Origin: Ptychomitrium polyphyllum
Lineage: Eukaryota
Direction of reading: 5' to 3'
DNA: 64,000 bases
Assembly: GCA_973851085.1 (NCBI GenBank)
Contig: OZ316775.1
Coordinates: 4,278,001-4,342,000 of the forward strand
Below are positions 49,283 through 62,600 of the stretch, one piece after another. A program made the translations under genes and the position numbers. The notes beneath the pieces are model-generated. The model did not search any database. It was given only the letters and a program-made list of their open reading frames with translations, and was not told where the DNA came from. How positions within the stretch are numbered: position 1 is the stretch's first letter; each line of letters opens with the position of its first letter.

Positions 49283-50203
49283 ATGGCGGACAAACATAGA
49301 CGCCATAGCTCGGTTGATACGCTGGGATGGATGTCCACAAACCGCGCCGACGAGCCTCCTGCTGCGTTAGACGGCTCAATCTCCACCCGCATTTCAAGTT
49401 TCCGTCATGATGTATTCCCCGCGCTCAAGCGCCAAACCTCGCTTCGGTTCAATCCGGGGGAGTATTTCGCAGGTTGCTTTGGTCCTCGTGAGTCCAGGGC
49501 GAACGATGGCCAATCCTCACACTCACTCCTTCCGATTCTCTTGGGCACGGACTCCAGCGCCTCGACGACAACTGGCCGGCCGCCTCGCTCTCGCAATCAC
49601 TCCCGGTCCCTCTCCGCTTCCTTCCTGGGCAATTTTAACTTCGGCAGCATGCGCTTCGCGGGGAAGACCCACGACGAGCTCACGATGCGAGCCACACAGC
49701 TAAATCACAGAGCCGCGACGCAGAAGAACCGTGTGCTGCAGCAACCTGCGGGGCGATGGGTGATGGAAGACGACGAGGAGTATTACCTTAAGCCCCCGGC
49801 GTGGAAGCAGGCGCTCCGGAAGCTGAGGGCCGAAGCGAAGCGCCATGTGCACCCCGCGCCTCCGCGAGAAAGCTTGGACTACGACGCTGAGAGCTATGAG
49901 AAAAACTTCGACAACGGCGGGCGCGGCTCCCTCCCCATGGTTGTTGATGAGGAGGACGAATTCGAGGTGAAAGCCAGAGTCCTCCACACCAAGCTCCTCA
50001 CGAAGCTGCATTCCAAGCGATTCGAAAACGTCGACGCTCTGGGTCAAGACTTCCCCTCTACGAAGCTGCTCACGTCGGTCTCCGTGCCCGCAGTGCCCGT
50101 GAGGAATCCAAACGGGAAGCAAGTTGATGCCGGTGTGCCCATCTGGGAGCGGCGCGTCGCCGCTCGCCCGCTCACGAAGCTGGAGCTCACAAGATCGATC
50201 TGA
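49283..50203 (+). CDS. Intronless uncharacterised plant protein (306 aa) with YDxxSYxxNFDxG motif
   Basis: Long GC3-rich ORF with ATG and stop. It contains WKQALRKLRAE and LDYDAESYEKNFDNG, a motif seen in a family of small uncharacterised land-plant proteins, plus a C-terminal VPIWERR. Confidence 0.8.
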   Translation: MADKHRRHSSVDTLGWMSTNRADEPPAALDGSISTRISSFRHDVFPALKRQTSLRFNPGEYFAGCFGPRESRANDGQSSHSLLPILLGTDSSASTTTGRPPRSRNHSRSLSASFLGNFNFGSMRFAGKTHDELTMRATQLNHRAATQKNRVLQQPAGRWVMEDDEEYYLKPPAWKQALRKLRAEAKRHVHPAPPRESLDYDAESYEKNFDNGGRGSLPMVVDEEDEFEVKARVLHTKLLTKLHSKRFENVDALGQDFPSTKLLTSVSVPAVPVRNPNGKQVDAGVPIWERRVAARPLTKLELTRSI

Positions 50204-51671
50204 ATTCAATGGTTCAACATTCTGTTTTTTTCTTGAGATCCAGAATTTCGTGGGTTGATGTTGCCTTATGTCAGCTAATTCAGCATTGATTGCGCTGCTC
50301 AAGATTTGGAAAAGCCAGGGCTTGAGATTATTTTTGGCGGTGGAGGGATTGGTTTTTACACATGGAGAGAATCAAGCTCCGAAGAGACAGAATCCGTCGT
50401 AATCTCTTACATGTACTATCTCCTTCGCAGCCTCGAACTGAGACATCACCACAGCTTTAAAAGGCACTGGTTTATCAAGCAATCAGGGATTCAATTCTAT
50501 AGTCACGTTGATTTAGATGAGTTCCTTCTTCGTAAAAATCCGTGTATGTATCAACAAACAAGGGTGAATGACTACAGATAGGAAATTTTCGGGTTAATAG
50601 AATGCAGCCCAGAGTAAGTAATACGGTGGACATTGAAGTTTAAGGTTGTGCATTATGTACAGCAAAGATAGATTTCGAGGATTGAGCGCATTCTTTCAAG
50701 AAACAGATTAATCAGGAGCGTATCTCTTTAGCAAGTGCATTCAATGTTATCTTCATTGAGGAAAGGGTTTGAGTTGATCGGCAAGTTGTATCCATTTTTA
50801 TTAAAGAGTGGGGACAAAGTTTCAGTGCATATCTGGGATATACAATTGCTTAACTAGGACGACTGGAAGGCAAAGCTTGTGGTGATGCTCTTGGTTTCCG
50901 TTTTGGATCAGTACAATAGTCTTTGCTTGGAATTTTCCTCTAGGTTTGAAATTACTTAGCACATGAATAGTGTCCCATTACATCACGGTTCTCATAAAAT
51001 TCAAAACTCAGGCGTTCTGCGCTGGGACTTCTTGACTTTGAAGAGTTCCTTTCGGACGGAAGCTATTGGACGTTTTGAGTACCTAAGGACGCTGTAGGCC
51101 AGTGGTTGGTTGTGGTGGTGGTGGTTTGGGGAAATTGGTGTTATTGGGGATTCAGTATCATTTGTAAATCCACGAAAGAGTTGACTTCAAACGAATCACG
51201 CCACCTCAGACGACGTAGGGCATTAAAACCTTCATGTGTTGCTTCAAGAGTAGTATACAACCCTACAGCCGTTTTTGGGAGTATGAAGTACACGTCTCTA
51301 AACATGATATGCATCTGGTTCGTAAATGTCAAGCGCTGCGAATATGGTATTCCAAAAATGAGTGTCATGGAATAAGGGCTTTCGTACTGTCCATGTGCAG
51401 CAATCCTCGTTTGGATATGTCCTACCTCTTTAGATGTGACCAACGCAACTCTTTATCGGAGATTGCCTGAAAACATCAGTGTGGAGGCGACCGGTGGTTC
51501 TCCCTTATAAACAATTGAGTACGAAGGTTTAGAGCAAAGAAACACATACTAAATACACATGTCGTTACTCTGGTGTATGGAATGTATCAAATTCGCCTAT
51601 GAGTACATATAAATAAGCTACATATACATGAACACACAAGGTGAAGAGGATCCCGATATTGCAACAGAATA

Positions 51672-54192
51672 TCAATCTAATACAAGAACCACTTTCCCAG
51701 TTGTCTTGCCAGTCTGAAAAGTACGAAGGGCATCGAGGGCTTTTGAGAAAGGAAAAGTGTGGCCCACCAATGGTGCCCGTAATTTGAGACTTTGCAAGCC
51801 TTCAAACAATCTTTCCATCTTCTCCACTTTGTCGAACATCCAAATCAAGTTAAAAGCCTGGCAACAGTGAGCAACATCAAGGATATCAGACCCTCACGTC
51901 TGTACAGCTGGTGCATAGATAACATGATCACTTCTAACCAGAACCTACTTTCACTATTGTTAAACTCAGCCAATTCTCAAAGAGCGCATCAAGGATATCA
52001 AGATGTTATGGTTTGTCTTACCATTACACTTTTATTGTCCGACATCATCTCCATGGGATCCACGACAGGCCTGCGTATGTACTTCCACGCTAGTGACAAC
52101 CAGTTGGGCTTATCTCCAGTAGGTGTAAAATTTGATGCTCCGTACACCACATAACGTCCACCTCGTGTTAGACTCTCATAGCCAGGTTTGAAATAATCGC
52201 CAGCAACAGCATCAATGATGCAGTCGAAACCATCCACCCTATATAGAGCGCACCAAATAAGAGGTATGAGGTTGAGAAAGTGCTGTAGCAATAGCAAAAA
52301 CATACTTTTGAAGTAATATATTTATAGTAAAAAGGTGGAAGAATCATCATCTTGAGCGGGTGGGAGCGCATACAGTATACAGAACCAAAGTCTCGCGGTT
52401 TGGAACTTTTACCCCAAGGTCGACAGACTAGCAGCCAGTTGATCCTTGAAAATCTTGCCACCTTCTTTCCGCACAATAATTTGCTCATACGGTAGGAAGT
52501 CATCTCCCCAGTAATCAACAAGGTGCTTTACCTGTTGTTTCAAACAAAGTGGACGATCAGGTTTCTAAAACAACAGTTTCTCATCAATGCCACGGGTTCA
52601 GAAAAGGATCTGACATGTAGACTTTGCATTTTAAGGCATGATTTAACCATAAGGACATCCACATAGAGCATCGAGATGATGAACTAAAAGAAGTGAGAAA
52701 CTACGGCTTCGAATAAAAACTCCACTTGGCTAGTTTAATCAGGACTTTTGAGTATATAACCTTTTCATCGCTCCCAACAGTGGCGACGACCTTGGCCTTC
52801 AGCTGCTTGCAGATGTCCAGAGCAAATGTACCACATCCACCCGCTGCAGAGTGGATAAGCACCGCTTGGCCTTCTTGAACATTTCCAAGCTCCCGCAGAG
52901 CATAGAATATGGTCAGTGCCTGATATTCAAACAACGGTGAATAAACGTTAAGAAAAAACTAAAATCTGAACGAGAACCCCTATAGATTTACAAAGGACCC
53001 AACGCATCAACTGGATTAGTAAACAGACACAGTGATACCTGAACTGAATATGCTGCTGCTTCTGCATAAGACCAGTCATTTGGACATGGGCGTAGGTACT
53101 TTGGGGACACGTTAAGATGTGAGGCATAAGCTCCAAATCTAGTCAAGCCAAGCACCCTGTCTCCTACTTTCACACTTTCAACGTTTTCACCCACCGCTGC
53201 GACAACTCCTGCAAACTTCATAGACGAGTATGTCACCCATAGAGGAAGTCAGAAAATTTTATAATAGCAGAACAATTCAGAAGTAAGCAAAAATGAATGC
53301 AACAACGTGAGCGTCTCTATAGAAGAGAGGAGAATTTTACCTCGAGCCCAGGCGTGTAAACACCTTTGGGAGATGCAGAATACAATCCCAAGCACGTAAA
53401 CACTGTTTCCCAAACAAATAACCAAGTCAGAACTCATAAGATAGATCATTATCAACCTGGTCACTCACAACCGCTAACTCTGCATCCAAATAACCATGGC
53501 TTCGCACATCTAGAAGGGATACCAGTCAAACAAGGGTTGTTGATGTACCATCAGCGAAGTTTAAGCCCACAGCCTTAACTGCTACTTGGACCTCTCCGGC
53601 AGCTGGTGCTGCGAGCTTATCCGTCACCTATCACAAAGAACAGAATTAACAAAAACTCAACTCTGCCTCAACACAATGTCATAACATCAAACTTATAAGA
53701 TGCATCACGATCCCCAAAACGCCACAGATCAATTAAGCAGCACGACTTTGTAGCGTAGTAAGGCTTCGGATAGCATCGTTTGCAATTTCTCAAATATATG
53801 CACTAACCAGTTTTAGGTCAGAGATTTTCCCAGGCTTATCACCCCTGGAATTTCAAGAATGCACAAGGTGTTAGTACATTAAAAACTGATGAAGCAATAG
53901 TTATGTGATACATGAATAGATAAATACGTGGGCCTATATACATATGCACAAACGTGTGCCGAACTCGTCGATGTTTACATGCCTGCACTCTAAACATTTT
54001 TGTTTCAAGGTACTCTATTGCATCAAGAAATTTCAACTTAGAGATCCGGTTCCGAATTCAGACCATTTTTTGAATCCCCTAGCTTACCAGCACAGTAGAA
54101 ATCTGTGACTTGCAGAACGGAAAAGCGACAAGAAGAAACATTGAATATTCTTACCGCCATACCTGCCTTGTGACGGACCTGTTTACATCCAT
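51672..54192 (-). CDS. Medium-chain dehydrogenase/reductase, VAT-1-like NADPH:quinone oxidoreductase. Exons 54192-54155, 53844-53808, 53627-53549, 53402-53341, 53215-53039, 52919-52761, 52531-52413, 52238-52022, 51857-51672
   Basis: Spliced product includes GEVQVAVKAVGLNFADV, TPGLEFAGVV, VKVGDRV, VLIHSAAGGCG (Rossmann), GGRYVVYG and GKTTGKVVL*. All introns are GT..AG and in phase. Confidence 0.9.
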
Positions 54193-56315
54193 GATTTGCA
54201 GACCTGCCTGCACTCAAAATTAAAACAAAAGGCATCTTTACAATACGTATACTAAAATCCTCGAACAGATTTCAATGTGTTCCATCGCTTCCAAGTAGAG
54301 ACATTCAATGCTGGACACCGGTAGGACAGAATTAGCGATCAAAAGAACGACACCCATTGCTGCCTCTACCTACACCGAAATTTCTCCCAAACTCGCCACT
54401 CGTTGAAAAAGAAGCGTCTCAATAACCCGCGACTACGCACCCCAACTTCTAGGGTTCCCGAAATCCCATGTCCCCTCTCGTTATAACTCCCCCTGTTGGA
54501 GACCCACAATTGATTGACCAACCAGGCCAATCCCAGAACAGCAAAATCCACAATGTACGACCAGACGGACACATTCTCCAAAACCCGGCTTTTGTAACGA
54601 GAACACGATTTCAGTGATAGAACTATACAGCAGAGATTGTCGTGAGCTAGATGTGAGGCAATAAATCCATATCGAGCTCTTGCTGCGCCCGGGGACCCCC
54701 TGTCCTGTATCGCGCATTCAAAATCCATGCGTGCCTCACATTTCTCTCATTCCACGACCCACACAACTCGTTGTCGCATCTCTGGCTTCCTGTTGTGGCA
54801 TTGCCGTAACATTTCGGACATCCTAATCGGGATGCAATTGGGATGCATCCACAGCGAAAAGAAACCACAAAGACGACAGAAGGAAACTGGCAGACGTGTG
54901 TCATATAGAGAATCTGAAACCGCATCCTCTTCTCTTCTACACAAACCTAAAAACTGATTTCCACAAGCTCTGGTTTGTAAATTCTGGTTAGAATACTTCC
55001 ATTCACAAGACTAATTACACAGAGAACTTCTCTGTAAACGTATTCATGAACATCCTTATCAGGAAAGATATGAGAGTATCCCAGAAAACCTCCACCAACA
55101 AGAAGATTCAAGGAGAAATTCGCTCGCTTAAGATATACAAATGCCCGATACTTCTGTCATGCGCAAGCCATGTCTGTAACCCTGCGACTGCAGACATAAA
55201 GTAGATTCCCTCAAAGCAGATGACATCAATTCATTCAACTGACCTTCAAATATCTGATTTCGAATGTCCGTGGAAGCAGCAACCTAGACAAGTACAATAG
55301 GTATGAAATCAGCAAATCTATCTTGACCTGTATGGTGTCTCTGTTTCCAAGTTTGTCATATACTAAGAGACTGGTACAATGTCTGCTACAAACGAAGGTG
55401 AAAACTATGCTGCAAAAACGTGCTACGGCTCTTGGTGTTCAAGGCAGTCTACCGAGATATGGATTGTGAACTGCGAGGAACCCCCGCAATGCAATAACTT
55501 TGATTGGAGAAGAATTTGTTCCGTTGAGAACAACTTTCACGCCGCAACTTGTACATGCGGACTGACTCGTAAGCGGTGAAACCCTTGTATCACAAAATCG
55601 AAGGGCATCTTTGATTCTGACAGTTAATTCTGAAAAGCCATACCTCAGATGTGAATAGATATTGATTACCATGATCAATCCTTACTGGGGGGATACCGTA
55701 ACATCAGACTGATAGTATGAATCTTCGTTGCATGACGCTTACAAGTTGATCCTGATCAGAGCCTCCGACACAAGATCTCGACGTCCTCGGACTGACCCTC
55801 TGCAAGTGGACCGAAGAACAAAAGAATTTACAACTGTTGTACACATGTTACAATTGCAATACAAAACCTTCATAGAACCTTCACAGAGCAAAGAACATGC
55901 AATAGCCAATTGACAACTTGCACACCGTTGAAGAAGCTAATTTACACCCACACAGGAGATGAGGCCGAACATAATAGTGCAACTATGACAAATTTAAGTG
56001 GAAGCCCCTTGCTTCCTCTGGGCCGTACCACTCCATGCCTAAAGACCTGGAGAATTTCCCAGCCTAACAACTTCTACCTCGTTAGCAGTCAAAGAAGTGG
56101 TGGAGCACCTTCAAGCTTGAAAATCCTGCCTAATGGCACTCCACACTCCAAGCCATCTGTCCTTCAAGCCACCTTCTCTGTAAATTGTTTTTGATCTACC
56201 GCTCCAATCTTTCCCTCATACTGATATTCAGTTACTAAGCTAATGATGATACAGGAAATATTTCTATCGTGAATCGAAGCCACAGTAGTAATGTACAATC
56301 CTTAGGGACAGAACG

Positions 56316-57470
56316 CTAAGGGTTGATCTGCAACCCCGAGATAGCTTCACCCGGATGATGGAACGAGAGCTCTATTTGCACCAGACCTTCAGGAACAATC
56401 AACGGTCTAGGAATGAAAACAAAGTTAGTCGAGCGCTTATCCTCTTGCAGAATACTTCGTGGAACACTCTCCATCGTCAACCTTGTCTGACCAGATTTCA
56501 CTGCCAAGTGATAAGAAAAGAACTCCTCTCTATGAGGAGCCCCAAAGAACGTCACATATACTATGTTGCCTAGAGCTTCCTTCTCATAGTGCAGAAGAAA
56601 TACCATGTTGTCCGCTTTCAATAGCACATGCAGATCTGTCGGGTTTAGGACGACTGTGAACCACACATCGTACTGGAAGTCCAGCGTACGCGTCTGATGA
56701 GACTCCGAGAAGTGGTCCGGAAAGGATTTGGCAGCTCCTGAGAACGAGCACTCGGGGACAGGGCAGTTGAACGGAGTGTAAGGACAAGACGTCTCATGGC
56801 CTCTCTTCTTTGTAAACTTCAGCATCTTCTGGCACCCATACTCTGCATACCTGCAACTCAAGTGGAGAGACTCCATCAGCTTCTCAATTGCCAGGCATCT
56901 GATCTTTCCAGTTGGTTTGGAGCATGATGCGCAAATGTTACTGAGCTTCTGGCAGCAGCTCGAACAGGCTATGTGACCATTTGAGCACTGCCACAACATT
57001 CAGAGCATTCTACCTTAACTAAAATTTTCCTATGAACCAAATCAACATACATTTCCAAATGAAAGATATAGTTGCTAAATGTGTGAACATAGCAGTTGCA
57101 TCATCCCCTCAATTCTAGGGCAGCAGAAATGTGATAAAGCACTTACCTAAAACAACATTTACAATATTCTACCTCAACTGAAACTTTACTATCAGCCAAA
57201 TCAGCATACTTTTCCAAACGGATTGCATAGGTTCTGAATGTGTGAAACCACTTATACCTGAAAGATGGGTGCAGACAGAGCTTCCATACAAATTTGGCAG
57301 TCGAGAGTGTCTGGATCGAACGTGGCTGCCAATTGATGCTCCTCTTCTTGCAGCTGCAATGCCAAAGGAGGCGATGTTGGCAGCTCCACCAGAGGCTCAC
57401 TGCGTGATCTCTTTGCCGGCCTCTGATGAGGAGATTCCGCTCCTAGTGTCTGCATTGCAAATCGCACCAT
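56316..57470 (-). CDS. SINA-like (SINL) RING E3 ubiquitin ligase. Exons 57470-57258, 56987-56316
   Basis: LDCQICMEALSAPIFQ|CSNGHIACSSCCQKLSNICASC (SINA RING), RCLAIEKLMESL, Zn fingers CRYAEYGC...HETSCPYTPFNCPVPECSF...HFSESH, and a TRAF-like C-terminus. Confidence 0.92.
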
Positions 57471-57892
57471 GTTCTCGTCTTGACCTTGGAAAAATAACAA
57501 ATAGACAAATAAACAAAAATCCTATACTTTTACACCAAATCCAGCTCCTTCTCTGTCCAAATCTCCCCAACTTACACCCATCCTCGCACTTTCCACTAAG
57601 AGATTCCTGAAACCTGGTGAGAACTCCATCCCGGCATCCAATTCGCCCAAATTCTACCCTCTTGCCCTTCACTAACCTTAACCTTCACAGAATTCCCACA
57701 CTTGAAACTCAGGTGAGCCATTTGTAATCAACACGATAACAACCAACTCAGAATCTCATTAGAAACCAGAGCTCAGGAACTCCTAATCCACCATCCTTAC
57801 AGTACAGGTCTCCCAAAACCAAGCACACTTTAAAGCTGCCTCTACAGATTCTGAAGCTGGATTCCAAGGCGTCACCACATGGGGTCGATATT

Positions 57893-57910
57893 GTGCATGC
57901 ATGCATGCAC
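57893..57910. promoter_or_regulatory. Perfect 18-bp palindrome of tandem RY (CATGCA) motifs upstream of the SINA-like start
   Basis: gtgcatgcatgcatgcac is self-complementary. RY repeats are known B3-domain factor sites; function here is unproven. Confidence 0.4.
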
Positions 57911-58281
57911 GCACGAGAAGATGATTGAGTTTCCTTCAATCAGTACCAGCCAGAGAAGCAATGGAAAAGATGATGGAAACAATGGAAAAAGCAACGGCAA
58001 AGCATGTTGCCAGAGCACTTGAGCTCTGAGGATGGGGTAAGTTGGTAACTTGGAGTAGTAACTAGTAAGGAAAGTGGTGAAGGGCTGTGAAGAGTGTGCG
58101 ATTCGGTTGGAAGGGAAGGAGTAGAGGGGTGTGTTTCATGAAGCGGCACATTCCTTGAAACCTCGAAGATCCAATTTCTAAGACGCTACTCTAAAAAAAG
58201 TTAGTTTTGAATAAAGTCTCATTTTAACTTCAAAAAGTAGAAAATGTTGTGTATTGAGTAAAGTTTGGAGATCTAATCAAT

Positions 58282-58354
58282 AAAAGATGATGAAAAGATG
58301 ATGAAAAGATGATGAAAAGATGATGAAAAGATGATGAAAAGATATTGAAAAGAT
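58282..58354. repeat. 11-bp tandem repeat (AAAAGATGATG) x5 plus degenerate copies
   Basis: Directly visible perfect units at the edge of the AT-rich block. Confidence 0.9.
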
Positions 58355-58399
58355 AAATGTGCAAAAATATAATGTTATATACAAAAATATTATTATTTT

Positions 58400-59600
58400 T
58401 ACAAGAAAATACATATACATATAAAATGTTAAAAATAAAAGGTTAAAAATAGATAAGTAAAGCAGCCATCACATCTTCAATGTATATGATGGTAATTAGT
58501 GTAGGTTTCTATACAATTGTAAAAAAAAAAAATTAATAATAAATGGTAAACACAAACAACAAATAGCAAACATTAAATAGTAAACTAGTAAATAATCAAA
58601 ATAAAAGTAAGTTTTATAAGTACGGACTAATAAATAGAACAAAATTACAAGATATTTTTTTTATTTATATATGAAAACTTAAAACAAAAAGTATAGCCGC
58701 TATCACATTTTAATTGTAATGGCATCTAATCTAAGTATCTATACAAATGTAAAAGTAAAAATATAATAAAATAAGCAATAAAATAATATAATTTTTCTGA
58801 TTAACAATTCGAGTAATAATAATAATAAAATATCATAATTTTTTAAAAATAATTAGTACTAAACAATAAAAATATATATATAAGAAAAAAATTCAAAATA
58901 AAATAAAATAAAAAATAACTAATAACAAACAAACACTAAATAAATAAACAAAATTAAAAGTAAAAGAATAAAAGGTAAAATAATAAAAGTAAAATATATA
59001 AAATTAACAATCAATAATAAGCAATAAATATATATATTCAAAGTTTTAAAAAGTTAAAAGTCAAAAATCAAAAATCAAAAATCAAAAGTGAAAGTCAATT
59101 ATAAATATGGACAAAATCCAAAGTTGTAAAAATAATTATTATCAGTTATAATATTAGTTATTAAATTATTAATCATAAATGCATTAATGGTACGATGGCC
59201 TATTAATTATTATTATATCAAAAAAACTAAAAAGAAAGCTTTAATTATCTTTTGGAATTCTATATAAAACACAAAGAAGGTTAGAATCTTTTCTTATATA
59301 TTGTTTTTTTTTTTTATTTGCAATTATAATTGACTTATAAGTTCTTACTTTTATTTTTTTATTTTTTTACTTTTTAATTGTTTGTTGATTATTATTTATT
59401 GTTTATGTTTTGATTTTTTAATTTTAATTATCTATTTTTACTATTTGTTGTTTATTATTTAATTTTTATTGTTTACTATAAGTTCTTTACTTTTTACTTT
59501 CTAATTTTTACAATTAAACACAAACTTGCATTAAATGTCATTACATTAAAGATGTGATGGCAGCCATATTTTTATATATATTGTTTTTTTCATTAATTGA
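58400..59600. mobile_element. AT-rich foldback-like element with modular inverted repeats
   Basis: gcagccatcacatcttcaatgta (58462-58484) and a diverged copy (58696-58718) are inverted relative to tacattaaagatgtgatggcagc (59542-59564). The left part is A-rich and the right part T-rich. Confidence 0.55.
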
Positions 59601-62600
59601 TTTCTAAAAGATTTTATAAATTAATAAAACCTTATAAACTCAGTTGTTGAAAGATTCTATTTATATTGTGATTAGAAGATGTTTTGTCAAATATCATTTT
59701 TAATAAGAATTTGAAATTGATTTATGAAGAAAATTTGAAATTAATTTAAATTATATTTATACTATTAAATCCATTATTCATTTAATTTATAGTCTATTAT
59801 AAATTTTGAAACTTGAAATTCAAAATATTATAAGCATAATTGTAAATAAGTTAACGTTGTTGTAGTGTGAGTGGTAGTTATAGGAAACACAAGGTCTTTT
59901 TTAGCATCTAATTGATCAAGGTCAAGATGCATGAAGAGTTTATATTTCTAACATCCAATGAAACAAATACCCTATCCCAAATTTTCCCTCTACGTTGCCT
60001 TGAAAATCCCAAATGCTCAATATGTCATAACTTCTAGAAAACTAATCCAAAACATTTAAAAGTTTAACAAAACCTTCTTGAAATTTTTAGTATGCTATAT
60101 ATAAATTTTGATTGCCAAATCCTTAGTACCCTTTAAGATCCATAACTTCAAAGTTTACATTCTTCATTGCTACAACTTCTATACCCCTATCACTTTACCA
60201 CTTTATAAATCTCTTATTATCGCAAATTCAAGCTTTAAACTTTTTGTACATAATACATATCTTACAATAAACACCTTGTCAAAAGATCAATCTTAGAAAT
60301 CCCTTCAATCATCTACAATGATCCAAATTGTGCAACTCCAAACTCTATTGTACACTGCTCTCTAAGTCCCGGTTTCATTTTTCTTTGTATCTTTTGCTTA
60401 AGAAGTCCACTGCTCACCAAATTTTGATTCCATCTTTATAAATCAATCTAAACCTTCTCTCAAAATTTCACTTACAAAAAATATTTCTACAAGAAGTTAC
60501 AAACATTCAAATAGCTGCCCTCAGAAACTCAAGGTAGTTAACTTAACTTTACTCAAACTAAAGCCATGACCACATACTAACTCCAAATGGAGCGTATGAT
60601 GGCTTTTCAAAAAGCTTACAAAAAAAAAAAAAATCCAACAAAAATCAACTCAAACTAAGAAGTATACTACGAAATCTCACCCAAAGAAAAACTGCCTTCT
60701 TATTCTAGTAGGAGAGGCCGAGAGAAAAGAAGAGGGCGGTGGTCAAACTGCCACATCCGCCCCTTATCACTTTATATAAGCTATATCTCTCCACATTAGC
60801 CCCTAATTTCCTTTATCAAACCCTTATCTAACCATATTTCCAAATAAAAAACAACCTAAATCATTTTCTTCTGCTTTTCTTTCTTTTCTTTCTTTTGGTT
60901 GAAAATTTTAGGTTCCAACTACAAAGAAGATAAAATCAACCCTCACAAATCTAAAATAGAAACTAAAAGAATTAAAATAAATTAAAGAAAGTAGGAAAAA
61001 GATTGAAATTCAACAAGAAACAAGTTAAGAATACAACCATTGTCAAGGTAGGATCAGACACTAAGTCTTGAACTGAACCAAACAAAGTTTGATTCTTATT
61101 GGATTCGTTGAGTAGAACAGCAGCACTTGATTTGGTATTGCTAGCAAAAATAGCATGCAAGAAAAATTACAGTTAACCAACTTAATCATCCTAAGCTAAA
61201 ACAAGATGTAGTTCCACCTCCAAGATAAATGAAAATCGTGGTTCATCGACAACGCTTTTATAATTTAATTATTTCTTTTTCTTAATACTCTTTTTCAAAT
61301 ACACCAAATAATAAATACTACTCAAGTTTTTAACTATACAATTAAATACATCACAACAACATTATATTTTTACAAAAAATCTATTAATTAAGATTAAAAT
61401 TTCATGTCATTAAAAGGCAATTTATATATTAATTTTTTTTTAAAGCTCAAAATTACTTGCTTTAAGAAATTCCCATATCTTGTACAAATATATTTCTAAA
61501 TAGCCTGTATACCACTAAATTTTCAATACAAAGATATTTAGAAATATAAATTAGCTGAATATCAAAGAAAACATTCCAACACAATTAATGATAATTTTTT
61601 AAATGCACATTTCATCCTTTGCATCCTTTTAAAGCACTTAATTTATAAAAATTACCATTAAACATTTAAAGCAAAAAAACAAATTATAAAGCTTCATTGT
61701 CAATATGACTAAGAAGAATTTATAATCTAAAAATTAATATATACTCATAAGCAATATGCAGTATTATTTTACTTCAAAAATAATTTTTAATTTCTATTAA
61801 TTTTTTTAAATCAATTTACATTCTTATTTATTTTAGACCTAACTTTGATAATATCATAACTAATTTAACCATTTATTAGATTAAAATATATTTTAGATTT
61901 TTGTAAAAATATTTTGAAGCATTTATAATATTGATTTTATGTTTACAATACTATGATATATAAATATGCTAAAATTAGGTTTCACTTATAATGATATTTT
62001 TTATTATAAATAAATAGTTTCAATGCATGAATTTTGCTCTACTTAATAGTTTGTTTGGAATTAAATAAAATTATGAAATTTATGTAATAGGTTCAAAATC
62101 ACTTTCAATAGTCTCGAAGGGCAAAGGATAATAGCACAGAGTCATCATTGCTTCCAAAATTGAATAGAATGTTACTTTTAACCATAGTTGAAATATTACT
62201 AATCTACTTTTGATGCACAATATCAAAAAAATTCAAAAAAGAATTATGAATTAATTAAAGATTCAATCTCTAAACCAACATTATATTTATCAAAATTTTC
62301 CATATTTCAAAGGTGCACTACAAATAAACTGGACATATGAAAAGGCATAAAGCAATACAAGAACATCTTTTAAAATCTCTTATGTATTAAATATTGCTAA
62401 TTTTTTCTTTTAAGTCTTCAACATTATTTTCATTCAATCATTTGATTTTTAATGAATTGTACTTGTATTATGAGCCATCATTAATTCCCAAAGTCTATTA
62501 CTGTTCCATATGTAGTTTAACAAAGAATATATCATTTAAAACATAACAAATCTTACAGTCAACATATTTGTTGTTGTATTAATTTGTTGATGTAAAATTT

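Noticed and set aside
49700..50302. 200-aa antisense ORF
   Set aside because: Antisense shadow of the GC-rich 49283-50203 CDS.
51106..51470. 78-100 aa ORFs between two convergent genes
   Set aside because: They lie in probable 3' UTR/intergenic space and show no motifs.
59857..59868. CACTACAACAA on the minus strand, like a CACTA terminus
   Set aside because: No matching opposite terminus or target-site duplication found.
60704..60765. GC-rich hairpin with a nearby CTAG, like a Helitron 3' end
   Set aside because: Spacing is too long and the base after CTAG is not T.
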